Below are positions 48,014 to 58,083 of a stretch of DNA of 58,882 nucleotides, piece after piece. The DNA comes from a virus (lineage: Duplodnaviria; Caudoviricetes). The position numbers and the translations under genes were made by a program. The stretch spans positions 1 to 58,882 of the IMG/VR virus record IMGVR_UViG_3300020463_001991. The stretch is one strand, 5' to 3'. Under the pieces are notes generated by a model. It saw only the letters and a list, made by a program, of their open reading frames with translations. It was not told where the DNA came from and did not search any database. How positions within the stretch are numbered: the first letter of the stretch is position 1; each line of letters opens with the position of its first letter.

Positions 48014-49234
48014 ATGCGTAAACTTTTCTACATGGGTCTTGAATCTTATGAAGCCCGATATACATTACAACTTACTGAATGGAACCGTCGAGTATTTGAT
48101 CGTAGAGGACTTGATGTTGTATATGTTCCAGGAACAACAATAGATGATACTAAAAGTATTAGTGTAGGACAGGTGCTTGATGCACATGGACGAAGTTACT
48201 TTGGTATGAGCCAGATTATGAATCTAGTACAGATGATGCGTAATGGTGAGTGTACTGGAGAAGATGTTATTTACTTTGAAGATATGTTTCAACCTGGTAT
48301 TGAGAGTCTGCCATACATTATGGATCAGATTACAACAGACCAAAGACCCCAAGTGTATGTACGCTGTCTTGCCCAAGCAATTGATCCAGATGATTTTGTA
48401 CATGTATGGGGCATGTCAAAGTGGATGGGCCTATATGAGAAGATGGTATGTGAGTTTGCCACAGTTTTGGCTACCAATGAAGAGATGGTAGCACACATGA
48501 AAATTGCTGGTTGGGAGTCACCTATATACAATATCTCAGGCTTAGCCTTTGGCAAGCAGGAAGTTCAGGAAAGGTTGGGCGAACGGATAAAGCCTTTCCA
48601 TGAACGTGCAAACAGAGTTGTGTTCAGTGCAAGATTTGATCAAGAGAAGCAACCAGACTTCTTTATGGATCTAGTTGAACGATACAGTAACCATTTTCCA
48701 AAACAACAAACATTTGCCATACTACAAGGCGGACCGCTACGTAGTAACAATGAAAAGTATATCACACGTGCAAGAGAACTTGAAGCACGTGGCATACTAG
48801 AAATACATGAAAACTTGCAAAAGCATGAATACTATAAGATACTAAATGATAGTAGAGTATTGTTTAACTGTGCATTACAAGATTGGGTAAGCAATACTGT
48901 AAGCGAAGCAGATGCACTTGGTTGTAATGTGCTATATCCAGCATACAGAAGTTTTCCAGAAACATTTGCAAACGATTCTAATAGATTGTATATTCCGTGG
49001 AGCATTGATGATGTTGAAATAAAACTAGGCAACTTGTTAAAAGAAGCACATCACAACATGGGTTTGATTAGTGATTGGACCGATGGTACAATTGACAGAG
49101 TAATTGATATCATGCAAGGCAACGGTGAACAGTGGTTACGTACAGGTAACAGATATAGAGATCATGTTGCTGGCGCAAAATATCAAGTGAAAAAAATTGA
49201 AGAAGATGATACACAACAGGATATGTTTGCTTAA
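48014..49234 (+). CDS. GT-B fold glycosyltransferase
   Basis: VVFSARFDQEKQP and QDWVSNTVSEADALGC..LYP..RSFPE (GT4-like donor-binding region). Confidence 0.75.
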   Translation: MRKLFYMGLESYEARYTLQLTEWNRRVFDRRGLDVVYVPGTTIDDTKSISVGQVLDAHGRSYFGMSQIMNLVQMMRNGECTGEDVIYFEDMFQPGIESLPYIMDQITTDQRPQVYVRCLAQAIDPDDFVHVWGMSKWMGLYEKMVCEFATVLATNEEMVAHMKIAGWESPIYNISGLAFGKQEVQERLGERIKPFHERANRVVFSARFDQEKQPDFFMDLVERYSNHFPKQQTFAILQGGPLRSNNEKYITRARELEARGILEIHENLQKHEYYKILNDSRVLFNCALQDWVSNTVSEADALGCNVLYPAYRSFPETFANDSNRLYIPWSIDDVEIKLGNLLKEAHHNMGLISDWTDGTIDRVIDIMQGNGEQWLRTGNRYRDHVAGAKYQVKKIEEDDTQQDMFA

Positions 49235-49236
49235 CA

Positions 49237-49947
49237 ATGTTTACCTACACAGGACCAAGTTGGGCGGCTAGTAGTTATCCAGTAGACGATGAGGATGCAA
49301 CCAACCTAGCAAAGTTATGGAATATGCCTCATGTTGATCAAAGTGTTCCTGGTGTACATGCAATATACAACTTAAATAGGCTTTATGAACAAAAGGTTCC
49401 AAAAGGTCCTGTTGTATGGATTTATAATGAACCACTTAATGTGTTAAAACGTGCCACTAAAATGGAAGATAAGGAATTTCTTATTAGGAACGATTGGAAA
49501 GAAATATGGCAAGAGTGCAACCAATTTTGTCTAAATAGTATTGCACGCCTAGGCAGACCAGTGTTGTTGTTTGGTGCACATAGTGATATTGTAGACTGTG
49601 ATCATGCAAATATTGTAGTAGGGCATAAAAGTTGGCAACGTTTTCTTGCTGAAAAGGCAGGAATGATTACACGTAAAGGAAAAATCAACGTAACAATGGA
49701 TGATGGAGGTAGTTATAGTTTTAGACAATGTTGGGGAGCAGAAGTCATACACAGAACTATGCACGAAAATCCAGATATTGAACCTAATAAAAGTTTGACC
49801 GATTCTATATGGAATATGTTTTTCTTTTGGAAACAGTTAGAAAAACAAGATTTGTTTAGTGACGTACATCCTAACTTGCGTGGAAATAAATTATTTGCTG
49901 AATACACTAAACCAATAGTGCTAAAATTTTTAGAGGATATAAAATGA
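49237..49947 (+). CDS. Hypothetical protein, weak SGNH-like pattern
   Basis: GPSWA near the N-terminus and DVHPN.RGN near the C-terminus. Confidence 0.45.
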   Translation: MFTYTGPSWAASSYPVDDEDATNLAKLWNMPHVDQSVPGVHAIYNLNRLYEQKVPKGPVVWIYNEPLNVLKRATKMEDKEFLIRNDWKEIWQECNQFCLNSIARLGRPVLLFGAHSDIVDCDHANIVVGHKSWQRFLAEKAGMITRKGKINVTMDDGGSYSFRQCWGAEVIHRTMHENPDIEPNKSLTDSIWNMFFFWKQLEKQDLFSDVHPNLRGNKLFAEYTKPIVLKFLEDIK

Positions 49948-50897
49948 AACACGTTGCAATCACAGGTGGTGGCGGCTATATAGGTGGACAGACTGCTATA
50001 TATTTTAAGGAACAAGGTTGGAAAGTTACAGTTGTAGATAGAAATAATCTGCCCGAAAGACTTGAATCATTTGTTGATACACACTTACACGATAATTTTG
50101 ATGATGTAGAAGCATTAAAACAATATGCTACTGCTGATGCAATTATACACTGTGCCGGCTCAAGTTTAGTTGGTCCAAGCATAAAAAATCCTAGTGATTA
50201 TTACGAAAATAATTTTATTGCTACAAAACGCATGCTTGACTATTTGTGTCAATTTGGTTATCATCCAAAATTTGTATTCAGTAGCAGTGCCGCAGTATAT
50301 GGTAATCCTATTGCAATACCAATAGCAGAAGAAGATCCTAAGTTGCCAATATCACCATATGGAATAAGCAAACACATGGTTGAACAGTTGTTGTCAACAT
50401 ACAGTGAAGCATATGGACTTAACTATGTTGGTTTACGTTATTTCAATGCAGCCGGTGCTGATCCTCAAGGTAGGCATGGACAGGAAAAAGCCGCTACACA
50501 TATTATTGCCCGTGTAATGGAAGCAATTAAAGAACAAAAGCAGTTTACACTAAATGGCACTGACTTGGCAACTGAAGATGGTACCTGTATACGAGACTAT
50601 ATACACGTTGCAGATATTGCCAAAGCACATTTTTATGCACAACAGGATCATGTAGTTCCCGACTTTTATAATCTAAGTACAGGAATGGGTGCAAGTAATT
50701 TAGAAATACTGCGTAAGTGTTGCACAGTTAGCAACAGTAAACCTAGTGTAGTTGTAGAAGGTCCAGGCAGAGCAGGCGATCCGGATACACTGGTTGCTAA
50801 CAATGAAAAATTTTACAAAGCATGTCAATGGAAAAATGAATATCATATAGATGATATAATCGAACATGCATGGAAATGGTACAACCGTGGGGTTTGA
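49944..50897 (+). CDS. galE: UDP-glucose 4-epimerase
   Basis: TGGGGYIG, FSSSAAVYG, PYGISK, LRYFNAAGA, DGTCIRDYIHV. Confidence 0.92.
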   Translation: MKHVAITGGGGYIGGQTAIYFKEQGWKVTVVDRNNLPERLESFVDTHLHDNFDDVEALKQYATADAIIHCAGSSLVGPSIKNPSDYYENNFIATKRMLDYLCQFGYHPKFVFSSSAAVYGNPIAIPIAEEDPKLPISPYGISKHMVEQLLSTYSEAYGLNYVGLRYFNAAGADPQGRHGQEKAATHIIARVMEAIKEQKQFTLNGTDLATEDGTCIRDYIHVADIAKAHFYAQQDHVVPDFYNLSTGMGASNLEILRKCCTVSNSKPSVVVEGPGRAGDPDTLVANNEKFYKACQWKNEYHIDDIIEHAWKWYNRGV

Positions 50898-51480
50898 AAA
50901 GTTCACTGAGTTTGAAACTGCACTTGCACAGTACACTGGTGCTCCGCATGTAGTACTTACGGATTGTTGTACACACGCAGTTGAACTTTGTTTGCGACTT
51001 AAAGGCACTGGAATAGTAACACTACCATATCGAAGCTATATTAGCATTCCAATGACCATGCATAAACTTAATATACAATACCAATATGATATTGAAGTTG
51101 AATGGGAATACGAATATAGAATTGGACTTACTAATATTTGGGATAGTGCCAGAGGTTTAGGCAAAGATATGTTTAGAGCAAGCCAAATTCAATGTTTAAG
51201 TTTTGGACATTCAAAACGTTTAGAAATCGGACATGGTGGTGCCATTCTAACAAGCAACAAAGATGATGCAGAAAAATTACGCCATATGGCCTATGATGGT
51301 AGAGATTTAAGTATTACACCATGGCAAGAACAAAAGGTATTTAATGTTGGTTACCATTACAAACCCAGCATTGAAGATTGCGAGAAGGGACTATATATGC
51401 TCGCTAATAATAAACTTAAAACCAGAGAGTCTCAACAGGTAAAGTATCCTGACTTAACGGAGATACAAATAGTCAAATAA
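50887..51480 (+). CDS. Short DegT/DnrJ/EryC1-family PLP-dependent sugar aminotransferase-like protein
   Basis: FE..LA.YTG, DCCTHA, WDSA, SFGHSKRL..G.GGAI, GYHY; lacks the C-terminal domain; start (GTG 50887) uncertain. Confidence 0.75.
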   Translation: MGFEKFTEFETALAQYTGAPHVVLTDCCTHAVELCLRLKGTGIVTLPYRSYISIPMTMHKLNIQYQYDIEVEWEYEYRIGLTNIWDSARGLGKDMFRASQIQCLSFGHSKRLEIGHGGAILTSNKDDAEKLRHMAYDGRDLSITPWQEQKVFNVGYHYKPSIEDCEKGLYMLANNKLKTRESQQVKYPDLTEIQIVK

Positions 51481-51481
51481 C

Positions 51482-51510
51482 TTGACAACGACCTAAATAA
51501 CCCATATAAT
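51482..51510 (+). promoter_or_regulatory. sigma70-type promoter with an internal TAAATA
   Basis: TTGACA-N17-TATAAT; the spacer contains CTAAATA. Confidence 0.8.
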
Positions 51511-51537
51511 ATATATTGTCTAACTGGGAGAACATAC

Positions 51538-52227
51538 ATGACAACTTCAGAAATAATAGCAAACAGACTAAAAAAAGCAAACAAACGATACTGGGCTGGA
51601 GATAATATCAGCGGCTATCTGCATGATGGTGAGAAAGAAGCATTGATAGAAGAACTTACACCAAAGTTTGAAGCAGTGCTTGACGGCTTGGTTATTGATA
51701 GACATAACGATCCTAACAGTATGGATACTGGGAGACGTTTGGCAAAGATGTATATCAACGAACTAATGAGTGGTAGATATAATCCTATGCCAAACGCAAC
51801 TGCATTTCCTAACACAGATGACGATGCATACAAAGGTTTACTGGTAGTGCGTAGTGAGATAAAAAGCATGTGTTCACATCACCATCAGCCAGTAAGTGGC
51901 GTTGCATATATTGGCATACTTGCCGCTGAACAACTGATTGGACTGAGCAAGTACACAAGAATTGCACAGTGGTGTGCAAGAAGAGGCACACTACAAGAAG
52001 AACTAAACAACGATATTGCTAAAGAGATTATGAAAGCAACTGGCAGTGCTGATGTAGGTGTATACATTCAAGCAACACATGGTTGTTGTGAAAACAGAGG
52101 TATTGGAGCTCATAGCAGTTTAACACAAACCACTGTGCTTAAAGGTGCATTCTATAATGAGATAATAACCAAGACAGAATTTATGGATAATATTAAAATG
52201 CAACAACAATTTGCATGCGGAAATTAG
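51538..52227 (+). CDS. folE: GTP cyclohydrolase I
   Basis: T.RRLAKMY, SMCSHHHQP, IGLSKYTR, LQEEL, HGCCENRG. Confidence 0.95.
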   Translation: MTTSEIIANRLKKANKRYWAGDNISGYLHDGEKEALIEELTPKFEAVLDGLVIDRHNDPNSMDTGRRLAKMYINELMSGRYNPMPNATAFPNTDDDAYKGLLVVRSEIKSMCSHHHQPVSGVAYIGILAAEQLIGLSKYTRIAQWCARRGTLQEELNNDIAKEIMKATGSADVGVYIQATHGCCENRGIGAHSSLTQTTVLKGAFYNEIITKTEFMDNIKMQQQFACGN

Positions 52228-52325
52228 GTCTGTACTAAATACCGTTCTAGAGCTGAACCTGCTCTTTAACCCCCGGGTGAAGCATTTTAGTTAAAGAACA
52301 CCCATCAATTAGAAAGATAAAATTA

Positions 52326-53393
52326 ATGAAACTACTTAAATTATTGATAGTTGCACTATCAGTTATGTTTTTTAGTGTTGCACATGCTGGAGACAAAATT
52401 AAAGTAGGTTTTATCTATGTTGGCCCTACAGGCGATCATGGATGGACCTACAGACATGACATTGGACGTCAAGATGTTGAAAAGCATTTTGGTGACAAGG
52501 TAGAAACTAAATTTATAGAAAGTGTAAAGTATGGTCCTGATGCTGAAAGAGCAATCAGAGCTATGGCAAAAGACGGAGCAGATATAATATTTGCTACAAG
52601 TTTTGGTTACATGGAGCCTATGCTTAAAGTTGCAAAAGAATTTCCAAACGTAAAGTTTGAACATGCAACTGGATACAAGCAAAGTAAAAACATGTCAAGT
52701 TACGGTTTACGTTTATATCAAGCAAGACACGTACAAGGTGTTATTGCAGGTATGATGACTAAGACTAACAAAATTTGCTATGTTGGTGCATTTCCAATTC
52801 CTGAAGTTATTCGTGAAATTAACACATACTATCTAGGTGCCAAATCAGTTAATCCTGATGTTGACATTGATATTGTATGGGTAAACACATGGTATGATCC
52901 AGGTAAAGAAGCAGAAGCGGCTAAGGTTATGATTGCAGAAGGTTGTGACATGGTTGCACAGCATACTGATTCACCAGCACCACTGCAAACTGCAGAAAAA
53001 GCAGGTGTACTTGGTTTTGGACAAGCAAGTGATCAATATAGATTTGCTCCTAAAGCTCAGTTAACTGCGACTATTGACAACTGGTCACCATATTATATTG
53101 CTAAAGTACAAGCAGTAATTGATGGTACATGGCAAAGTGGAGATTATTTTGGACACATGAAAGATGATGTTGTGCAAATGGCACCATTTACTAACATGCC
53201 AGCAGACGTAGCGGCATTTGCTGGTAAGATCAAAGATGGTATTACCAATGGCAAGTACTTTGCTTTTACTGGTCCTATAAAAGACAACACAGGCAAACTA
53301 CAACTGAAAGATGGTGAGATTGCTGACGATGGACACCTAAATAGCATGATGTACTATGTCGAAGGCATTGATGCAAAAGTACCAGGAAACTAA
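52326..53393 (+). CDS. BMP-family ABC transporter substrate-binding protein (purine/nucleoside-binding type)
   Basis: Signal peptide; KVGFIYVGPTGDHGWTYRHD, IFATSFGYM, FEHATGYK, PIPEVIR.IN, WYDPGKE, QHTDS. Confidence 0.92.
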   Translation: MKLLKLLIVALSVMFFSVAHAGDKIKVGFIYVGPTGDHGWTYRHDIGRQDVEKHFGDKVETKFIESVKYGPDAERAIRAMAKDGADIIFATSFGYMEPMLKVAKEFPNVKFEHATGYKQSKNMSSYGLRLYQARHVQGVIAGMMTKTNKICYVGAFPIPEVIREINTYYLGAKSVNPDVDIDIVWVNTWYDPGKEAEAAKVMIAEGCDMVAQHTDSPAPLQTAEKAGVLGFGQASDQYRFAPKAQLTATIDNWSPYYIAKVQAVIDGTWQSGDYFGHMKDDVVQMAPFTNMPADVAAFAGKIKDGITNGKYFAFTGPIKDNTGKLQLKDGEIADDGHLNSMMYYVEGIDAKVPGN

Positions 53394-53396
53394 AAT

Positions 53397-54254
53397 ATGA
53401 TTCCAGTAATTGATTATAATAGTAAAAACGTACTGGAAGAAATACGCGAAGCCTACACAACAGTGGGCTTTGCAGTGTTTCAGCATGCACTAGCTGATCC
53501 AGATCAAGACACCATGAAACAATGGTGGGATCTCATGCGTGGTTTCTTTGACAAAGATCAAGAAACAAAGAACAAATACAAATATCAAGCAGAAAACAAT
53601 TTGGGTTACAGTATTGTAGGCGCAGAAAATGTAGATCCAACTGCTCCTAAAGATATGAAAGAAAGTTTCAATTACAACAATACAAGAATGCCTGATGATC
53701 TATGGCCAACAGATATTGAAAATTTTAAAGAACTTGCACTACAATCAATCGATATTGCTGACAAACTAACACTTGATATACTTGGTAAATTTGATTTGAT
53801 ATTAGACAGCGATAATACACTTGTAGACGCACACAGGCGCCCTTATAATACAACACGTGTTATTCATTATCCAGCAATGAAACCAACCCAAGATAGAATG
53901 CTACGTATTGGGGAACATTCAGACTACGGCACAATCACACTCTTATGGCAACTGGATAGTGTGCCAGGTTTAGAAGTTGAAGATCTCGAAGGCAACTGGC
54001 ATCCTGTACCTTATGTATGGAACGGCGTAGTTGTAAATATCGGAGATCTTTTACAACGTTGGACAAACGATTATTTTAAAAGTACACGACACAGAGTAGA
54101 GAACAGTTATTGTCACGTACCAAGATACAGTATGCCGCACTTTGTAGATCCTGAACCCGGCACTATTGTAGAAAATTTACTTAAAGAGCCCAATCACTAT
54201 GATCCAATCGAATCAAAAGAATACTTGATGTGGCGATTAGCACAGAGTTATTAA
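53397..54254 (+). CDS. Isopenicillin-N-synthase-family 2OG-Fe(II) oxygenase
   Basis: MIPVID, VGF, RVIHYP, HSDYGTITLL, VNIGDLLQRWTND.FKST.HRV, RYS. Confidence 0.9.
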   Translation: MIPVIDYNSKNVLEEIREAYTTVGFAVFQHALADPDQDTMKQWWDLMRGFFDKDQETKNKYKYQAENNLGYSIVGAENVDPTAPKDMKESFNYNNTRMPDDLWPTDIENFKELALQSIDIADKLTLDILGKFDLILDSDNTLVDAHRRPYNTTRVIHYPAMKPTQDRMLRIGEHSDYGTITLLWQLDSVPGLEVEDLEGNWHPVPYVWNGVVVNIGDLLQRWTNDYFKSTRHRVENSYCHVPRYSMPHFVDPEPGTIVENLLKEPNHYDPIESKEYLMWRLAQSY

Positions 54255-54958
54255 TGAATCTTAAAATTACACAAGTTGAACACTATACTGATAGTTTGTT
54301 TCGTATACGTACAGAACGTCCGCAGTCATTTAGATTCACTGCTGGTGAGTTTGTAATGATAAGTTTACCCGATACTCCTAAAAGAGCATACAGTATGACC
54401 AGTGGTCCTTATGATGATTATATAGAATTTTATTCAATCAAAGTGCCAAATGGGCCACTTACCAGTAAACTACAACATGTAAAAGTCGGCGATCTACTGG
54501 ATGTTGGAACTAAACCGACTGGTACTCTGACACTGGCTAATCTCGAACTTGGTAACAACTTATGGTTATTGGCAACAGGAACAGGTATAGCACCGTTTAT
54601 AAGTTTGTTAAGAGATCCAGAAACATTTGAAAGTTTTAGCCAGATCTCTGTGTATTGGAGTGTGCGAACTGCACAAGAACTTCTTGCATATGATAACTTT
54701 TTAAAAGAATTGGACATAAAATATGTGCCAACAGTTACACAAGATCCTACATGGACTGGAAGAAAAACACGTATTACACATACTATCCGGCATGGTGAAA
54801 TTGCAAGTAATTTAGAACCTAGTGAACACAAAATAATGATTTGTGGAAATCTCGAGTTTAATCAGGAAGTTGCAAGTATGTTTGATGGTTGGGGATTTAA
54901 CGAAGGCAATAGCAAATTAGCAGGTACTTTCGTACAAGAAAGAGCATTTGTTGGTTGA
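54254..54958 (+). CDS. fpr: Ferredoxin/flavodoxin-NADP+ reductase
   Basis: HYTDSLF, RFTAGEFVM, RAYS, YSIKVPNGPLTSKLQH, ATGTGIAPF, MICG, ERAFVG. Confidence 0.92.
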   Translation: MNLKITQVEHYTDSLFRIRTERPQSFRFTAGEFVMISLPDTPKRAYSMTSGPYDDYIEFYSIKVPNGPLTSKLQHVKVGDLLDVGTKPTGTLTLANLELGNNLWLLATGTGIAPFISLLRDPETFESFSQISVYWSVRTAQELLAYDNFLKELDIKYVPTVTQDPTWTGRKTRITHTIRHGEIASNLEPSEHKIMICGNLEFNQEVASMFDGWGFNEGNSKLAGTFVQERAFVG

Positions 54959-54982
54959 CATTTGTACATAAAATGCTATAAT
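54955..54982 (+). promoter_or_regulatory. sigma70-type promoter
   Basis: TTGACA-N16 with extended -10 TGCTATAAT. Confidence 0.7.
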
Positions 54983-55007
54983 AATAGTATTAACAACGAG
55001 GCAAGCG

Positions 55008-55391
55008 ATGCATAGTTTAGATACGTTAGAAGTGGCAAAGCAAGAGGGCAGAGCTCCTTGGACCGATGTGCAGTTAGAAACAAAAGATTTTGTTGTATAC
55101 AACGATGGCTTTCCGGTTACGCCAGGGCACACATTAGTTGTACCTCGTGAATCACACATGCAGAACTTGCTTCGTTGTTTCAATTACGCAATGCAGATGG
55201 GCAATGCAAACGTTGAAGGTGAAGGCAATGAGATAACTGGATTCAATGTTGGCATTAATGTAGGTACCAGTGCAGGTCAAACTGTGATGTATCCTCATGT
55301 GCATTTAATTTTTAGACGCAATGGCGATACAGAAGACCCCACAGGTGGAGTTCGCAACGTTATACCAGGGAGTGGAAACTATGGCAACTGA
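55008..55391 (+). CDS. HIT-family hydrolase
   Basis: DGFPVTPGHTLVVP, GFNVGIN.G.SAGQTV.YPHVHLI. Confidence 0.9.
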   Translation: MHSLDTLEVAKQEGRAPWTDVQLETKDFVVYNDGFPVTPGHTLVVPRESHMQNLLRCFNYAMQMGNANVEGEGNEITGFNVGINVGTSAGQTVMYPHVHLIFRRNGDTEDPTGGVRNVIPGSGNYGN

Positions 55392-56148
55392 TGAAGAATT
55401 AATTGAAGCAATAAAACGTCCAGATAGATACTATCATATAACCATTGGCGGATATGGTGGCGAAACAACATATGCACGTATATCTCAAGCGGCATATATG
55501 TACTGGGCTGATAAAGATGAAAGTGAATTAGAAAGTTACATGGGTAGTCCAGAAGGTTATGTTGAAGACGACGATCCAGATTTACCCGACGAAGCAAACT
55601 TTTTATACAATGCCGAAGAAGAATACTATCATGATTGGTACGAAGCTCCAGACGAACTAGAACATGGCTGGGGTGTAGACATTGACAACAGTTGGATCTC
55701 AATCGAAGAACGTGACAGTGAAGAATATCAAAGCAAACACATTGCCGATATAGTTGACACAGTTGATACTCCAGTGTATATTAAAGACAACAATATAGAA
55801 AAAGACGAAGGTGAACTTGATCTTGATGCACTATTATATCCAAATGGACACTATGAAGAAGATGATGAAGATGGTGAAGAGGGCGAACCAAAGCCACTAG
55901 AAGATGGTACTGTTCCTGAGCCATATGTGTTTTATGGATGTAGTGCAGAGAAAGGCACATTCTTTGATGGCGTTGTACATATAGATGACGGAAGTAAGTT
56001 TGATGCAACAAAACTAAAATTTTTTGTTGAAGCACAACCAAATGGTGATACTATTATTTCAGAAGTTACATATAATGGTGAAGCTATTGATAACAACGGT
56101 GGAGACACCACAGGCAAAGGCTATTATGCAAGTGTCTGGGACTGGTAG
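55381..56148 (+). CDS. Highly acidic hypothetical protein
   Basis: Start at ATG 55381; very D/E-rich; GYGGE, EKGTFF, GDTTGKG. Confidence 0.65.
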   Translation: MATDEELIEAIKRPDRYYHITIGGYGGETTYARISQAAYMYWADKDESELESYMGSPEGYVEDDDPDLPDEANFLYNAEEEYYHDWYEAPDELEHGWGVDIDNSWISIEERDSEEYQSKHIADIVDTVDTPVYIKDNNIEKDEGELDLDALLYPNGHYEEDDEDGEEGEPKPLEDGTVPEPYVFYGCSAEKGTFFDGVVHIDDGSKFDATKLKFFVEAQPNGDTIISEVTYNGEAIDNNGGDTTGKGYYASVWDW

Positions 56149-56156
56149 GAGAAAGT

Positions 56157-56612
56157 ATGGCGTTCTTTAGTACAAAGACATATGGACATAACATTGGACT
56201 TAGTGCAGTGTTTAGACAACCTCATGCGGATCATTCGCATTGCAAATATCTACATGGTTACAGTTTAGGATTTAAATTTGTATTTGCAGCAAGTGAACTA
56301 GATAACAAAAACTGGGCAGTAGACTTTGGTGGACTAAAGCCACTAAAGAAATGGTTAGAAGATACATTTGATCATAAACTTGTGCTTGATGAGAATGATG
56401 ATAAACTCCATCACTTTCATGTATTAGAAGATGCAGGGCTATGCCAAATAACAATACTAGATGGTGTTGGTGCAGAAATGTTTGCCAAACATGCATATGA
56501 TTTTGCAGACAAATTAATTAGAGAACAAACAGATAATAGATGTTGGGTGCATTCAGTTGAGTGTATGGAACATGGTGCAAACAGTGCAATTTACAAAAGG
56601 ATTACAACTTAA
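56157..56612 (+). CDS. queD: 6-carboxytetrahydropterin synthase
   Basis: [27 protein letters not shown]. Confidence 0.88.
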   Translation: MAFFSTKTYGHNIGLSAVFRQPHADHSHCKYLHGYSLGFKFVFAASELDNKNWAVDFGGLKPLKKWLEDTFDHKLVLDENDDKLHHFHVLEDAGLCQITILDGVGAEMFAKHAYDFADKLIREQTDNRCWVHSVECMEHGANSAIYKRITT

Positions 56613-57232
56613 TGGCTTTAATACCAATGGTGGTGGAAACCACTAGCAAAGGTGAACGTGCATACGATATCTATAGTAGACTACTTAAAGATAGAATAGT
56701 AATGCTTAATGGCGTAGTAGAAGATCAAATGGCTAACAGTGTAATTGCACAACTATTGTTTTTAGAGTCGGAAGAACCTGACAAAGATATATTACTTTAT
56801 ATCAATTCGCCAGGTGGTCAAGTAAGTGCTGGCTTAGGTATCTACGATACGATGCAATTTATCAAGTGTGATGTCAGCACAGTCGTAATTGGACAAGCAT
56901 GTTCAATGGGTAGTTTCTTAGCACAGGCGGGTGCTAAAGGCAAACGTATAGTACTTCCAGAATCACGTACAATGATACACAGAGTAAGTTCAGGCACGAG
57001 AGGCACATCAGGTACAGTACATGTACAAGAGCTACAATTTGAAGATGCACTACGTAGCATGGAAGAGTCAAAAAAGGTTAATCGCAGGCTCACAGAACTT
57101 TATGTTCGTCATAACACTGCCGGCAAGACATACGAACAAATGGCAGAGACTATGAAGTTTGATACGTTCTTAACTGCACAAGAAGCAGTTGAATGGGGTT
57201 TAGCCGATAAAGTTGTAGAGAATAGAGAATGA
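56612..57232 (+). CDS. clpP: ATP-dependent Clp protease proteolytic subunit
   Basis: LIPMVVE...[28 protein letters not shown] (catalytic Ser), MIH. Confidence 0.95.
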   Translation: MALIPMVVETTSKGERAYDIYSRLLKDRIVMLNGVVEDQMANSVIAQLLFLESEEPDKDILLYINSPGGQVSAGLGIYDTMQFIKCDVSTVVIGQACSMGSFLAQAGAKGKRIVLPESRTMIHRVSSGTRGTSGTVHVQELQFEDALRSMEESKKVNRRLTELYVRHNTAGKTYEQMAETMKFDTFLTAQEAVEWGLADKVVENRE

Positions 57233-58083
57233 CATTCCAACTAGAAGCCACTAAAAATATATCTGTTTGTATGGCCACAAGAGGTAGACCAGAGCTTGCC
57301 TTTGACAGTATTAAAAGCATGATAGATCTAGCACATGACGTTGATGAAATTGAATTTTGTGTTGCAATTGACAATGACGATACTGCAAGTCATGAATATT
57401 TTACTAAAACTGTTACTCCCTGGTTTGAAAAAGAAGAACTTGATTTGTTAGTAATGAGCTTTGATAGATTAGGCTATGCAAAACTAAACGAGTACATCAG
57501 TCATCTTGCCTCAAATTGTAGCGGTGCATGGATTATTACATGGAACGATGATGCACGTATGGAAAGTCAAGATTGGGATAAAGAAATTGCAAGTTATACA
57601 GGGCAGTTTAAACTACTAGCATTCAAAGACAATCATAACAAACATCCATACAGTATTTTTCCTATATTGCCAAGAGAATGGATGGTTCTCTTTGGTATTA
57701 TTAGTCCTCAACAGGCAATAGATGCATGGGTATCGCAAGTTTGCTATTTAACTGATTGTTTTCAACGTCTGGAATCTACTGTTTTGCATGATAGACATGA
57801 CTTAACTGGAAATAACAACGATACTACATACCAAGAACGTGAGTTTTTAGAAGGGGATCCTAACAGAGCAGGAGATGCCTTTCATCCTGAGATGCAGAAA
57901 CTGAAAGAACAATTTGCGGCCAAAGTTGGTTGGTATTTAAAACGTATAGGACAGGATACAGGTTATTGGGACAAAGTGTTACGTAAAGAAGTTGAACCAT
58001 ATTCTTTAATGTATGCCAATGATCCAAATAAAAATCTAAGTACATATACATGGGTTAAAACAGCAGAAGGTTATAAGCAATGA
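57229..58083 (+). CDS. GT2-like glycosyltransferase
   Basis: [26 protein letters not shown]; paralogue of 35173. Confidence 0.7.
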   Translation: MTFQLEATKNISVCMATRGRPELAFDSIKSMIDLAHDVDEIEFCVAIDNDDTASHEYFTKTVTPWFEKEELDLLVMSFDRLGYAKLNEYISHLASNCSGAWIITWNDDARMESQDWDKEIASYTGQFKLLAFKDNHNKHPYSIFPILPREWMVLFGIISPQQAIDAWVSQVCYLTDCFQRLESTVLHDRHDLTGNNNDTTYQEREFLEGDPNRAGDAFHPEMQKLKEQFAAKVGWYLKRIGQDTGYWDKVLRKEVEPYSLMYANDPNKNLSTYTWVKTAEGYKQ

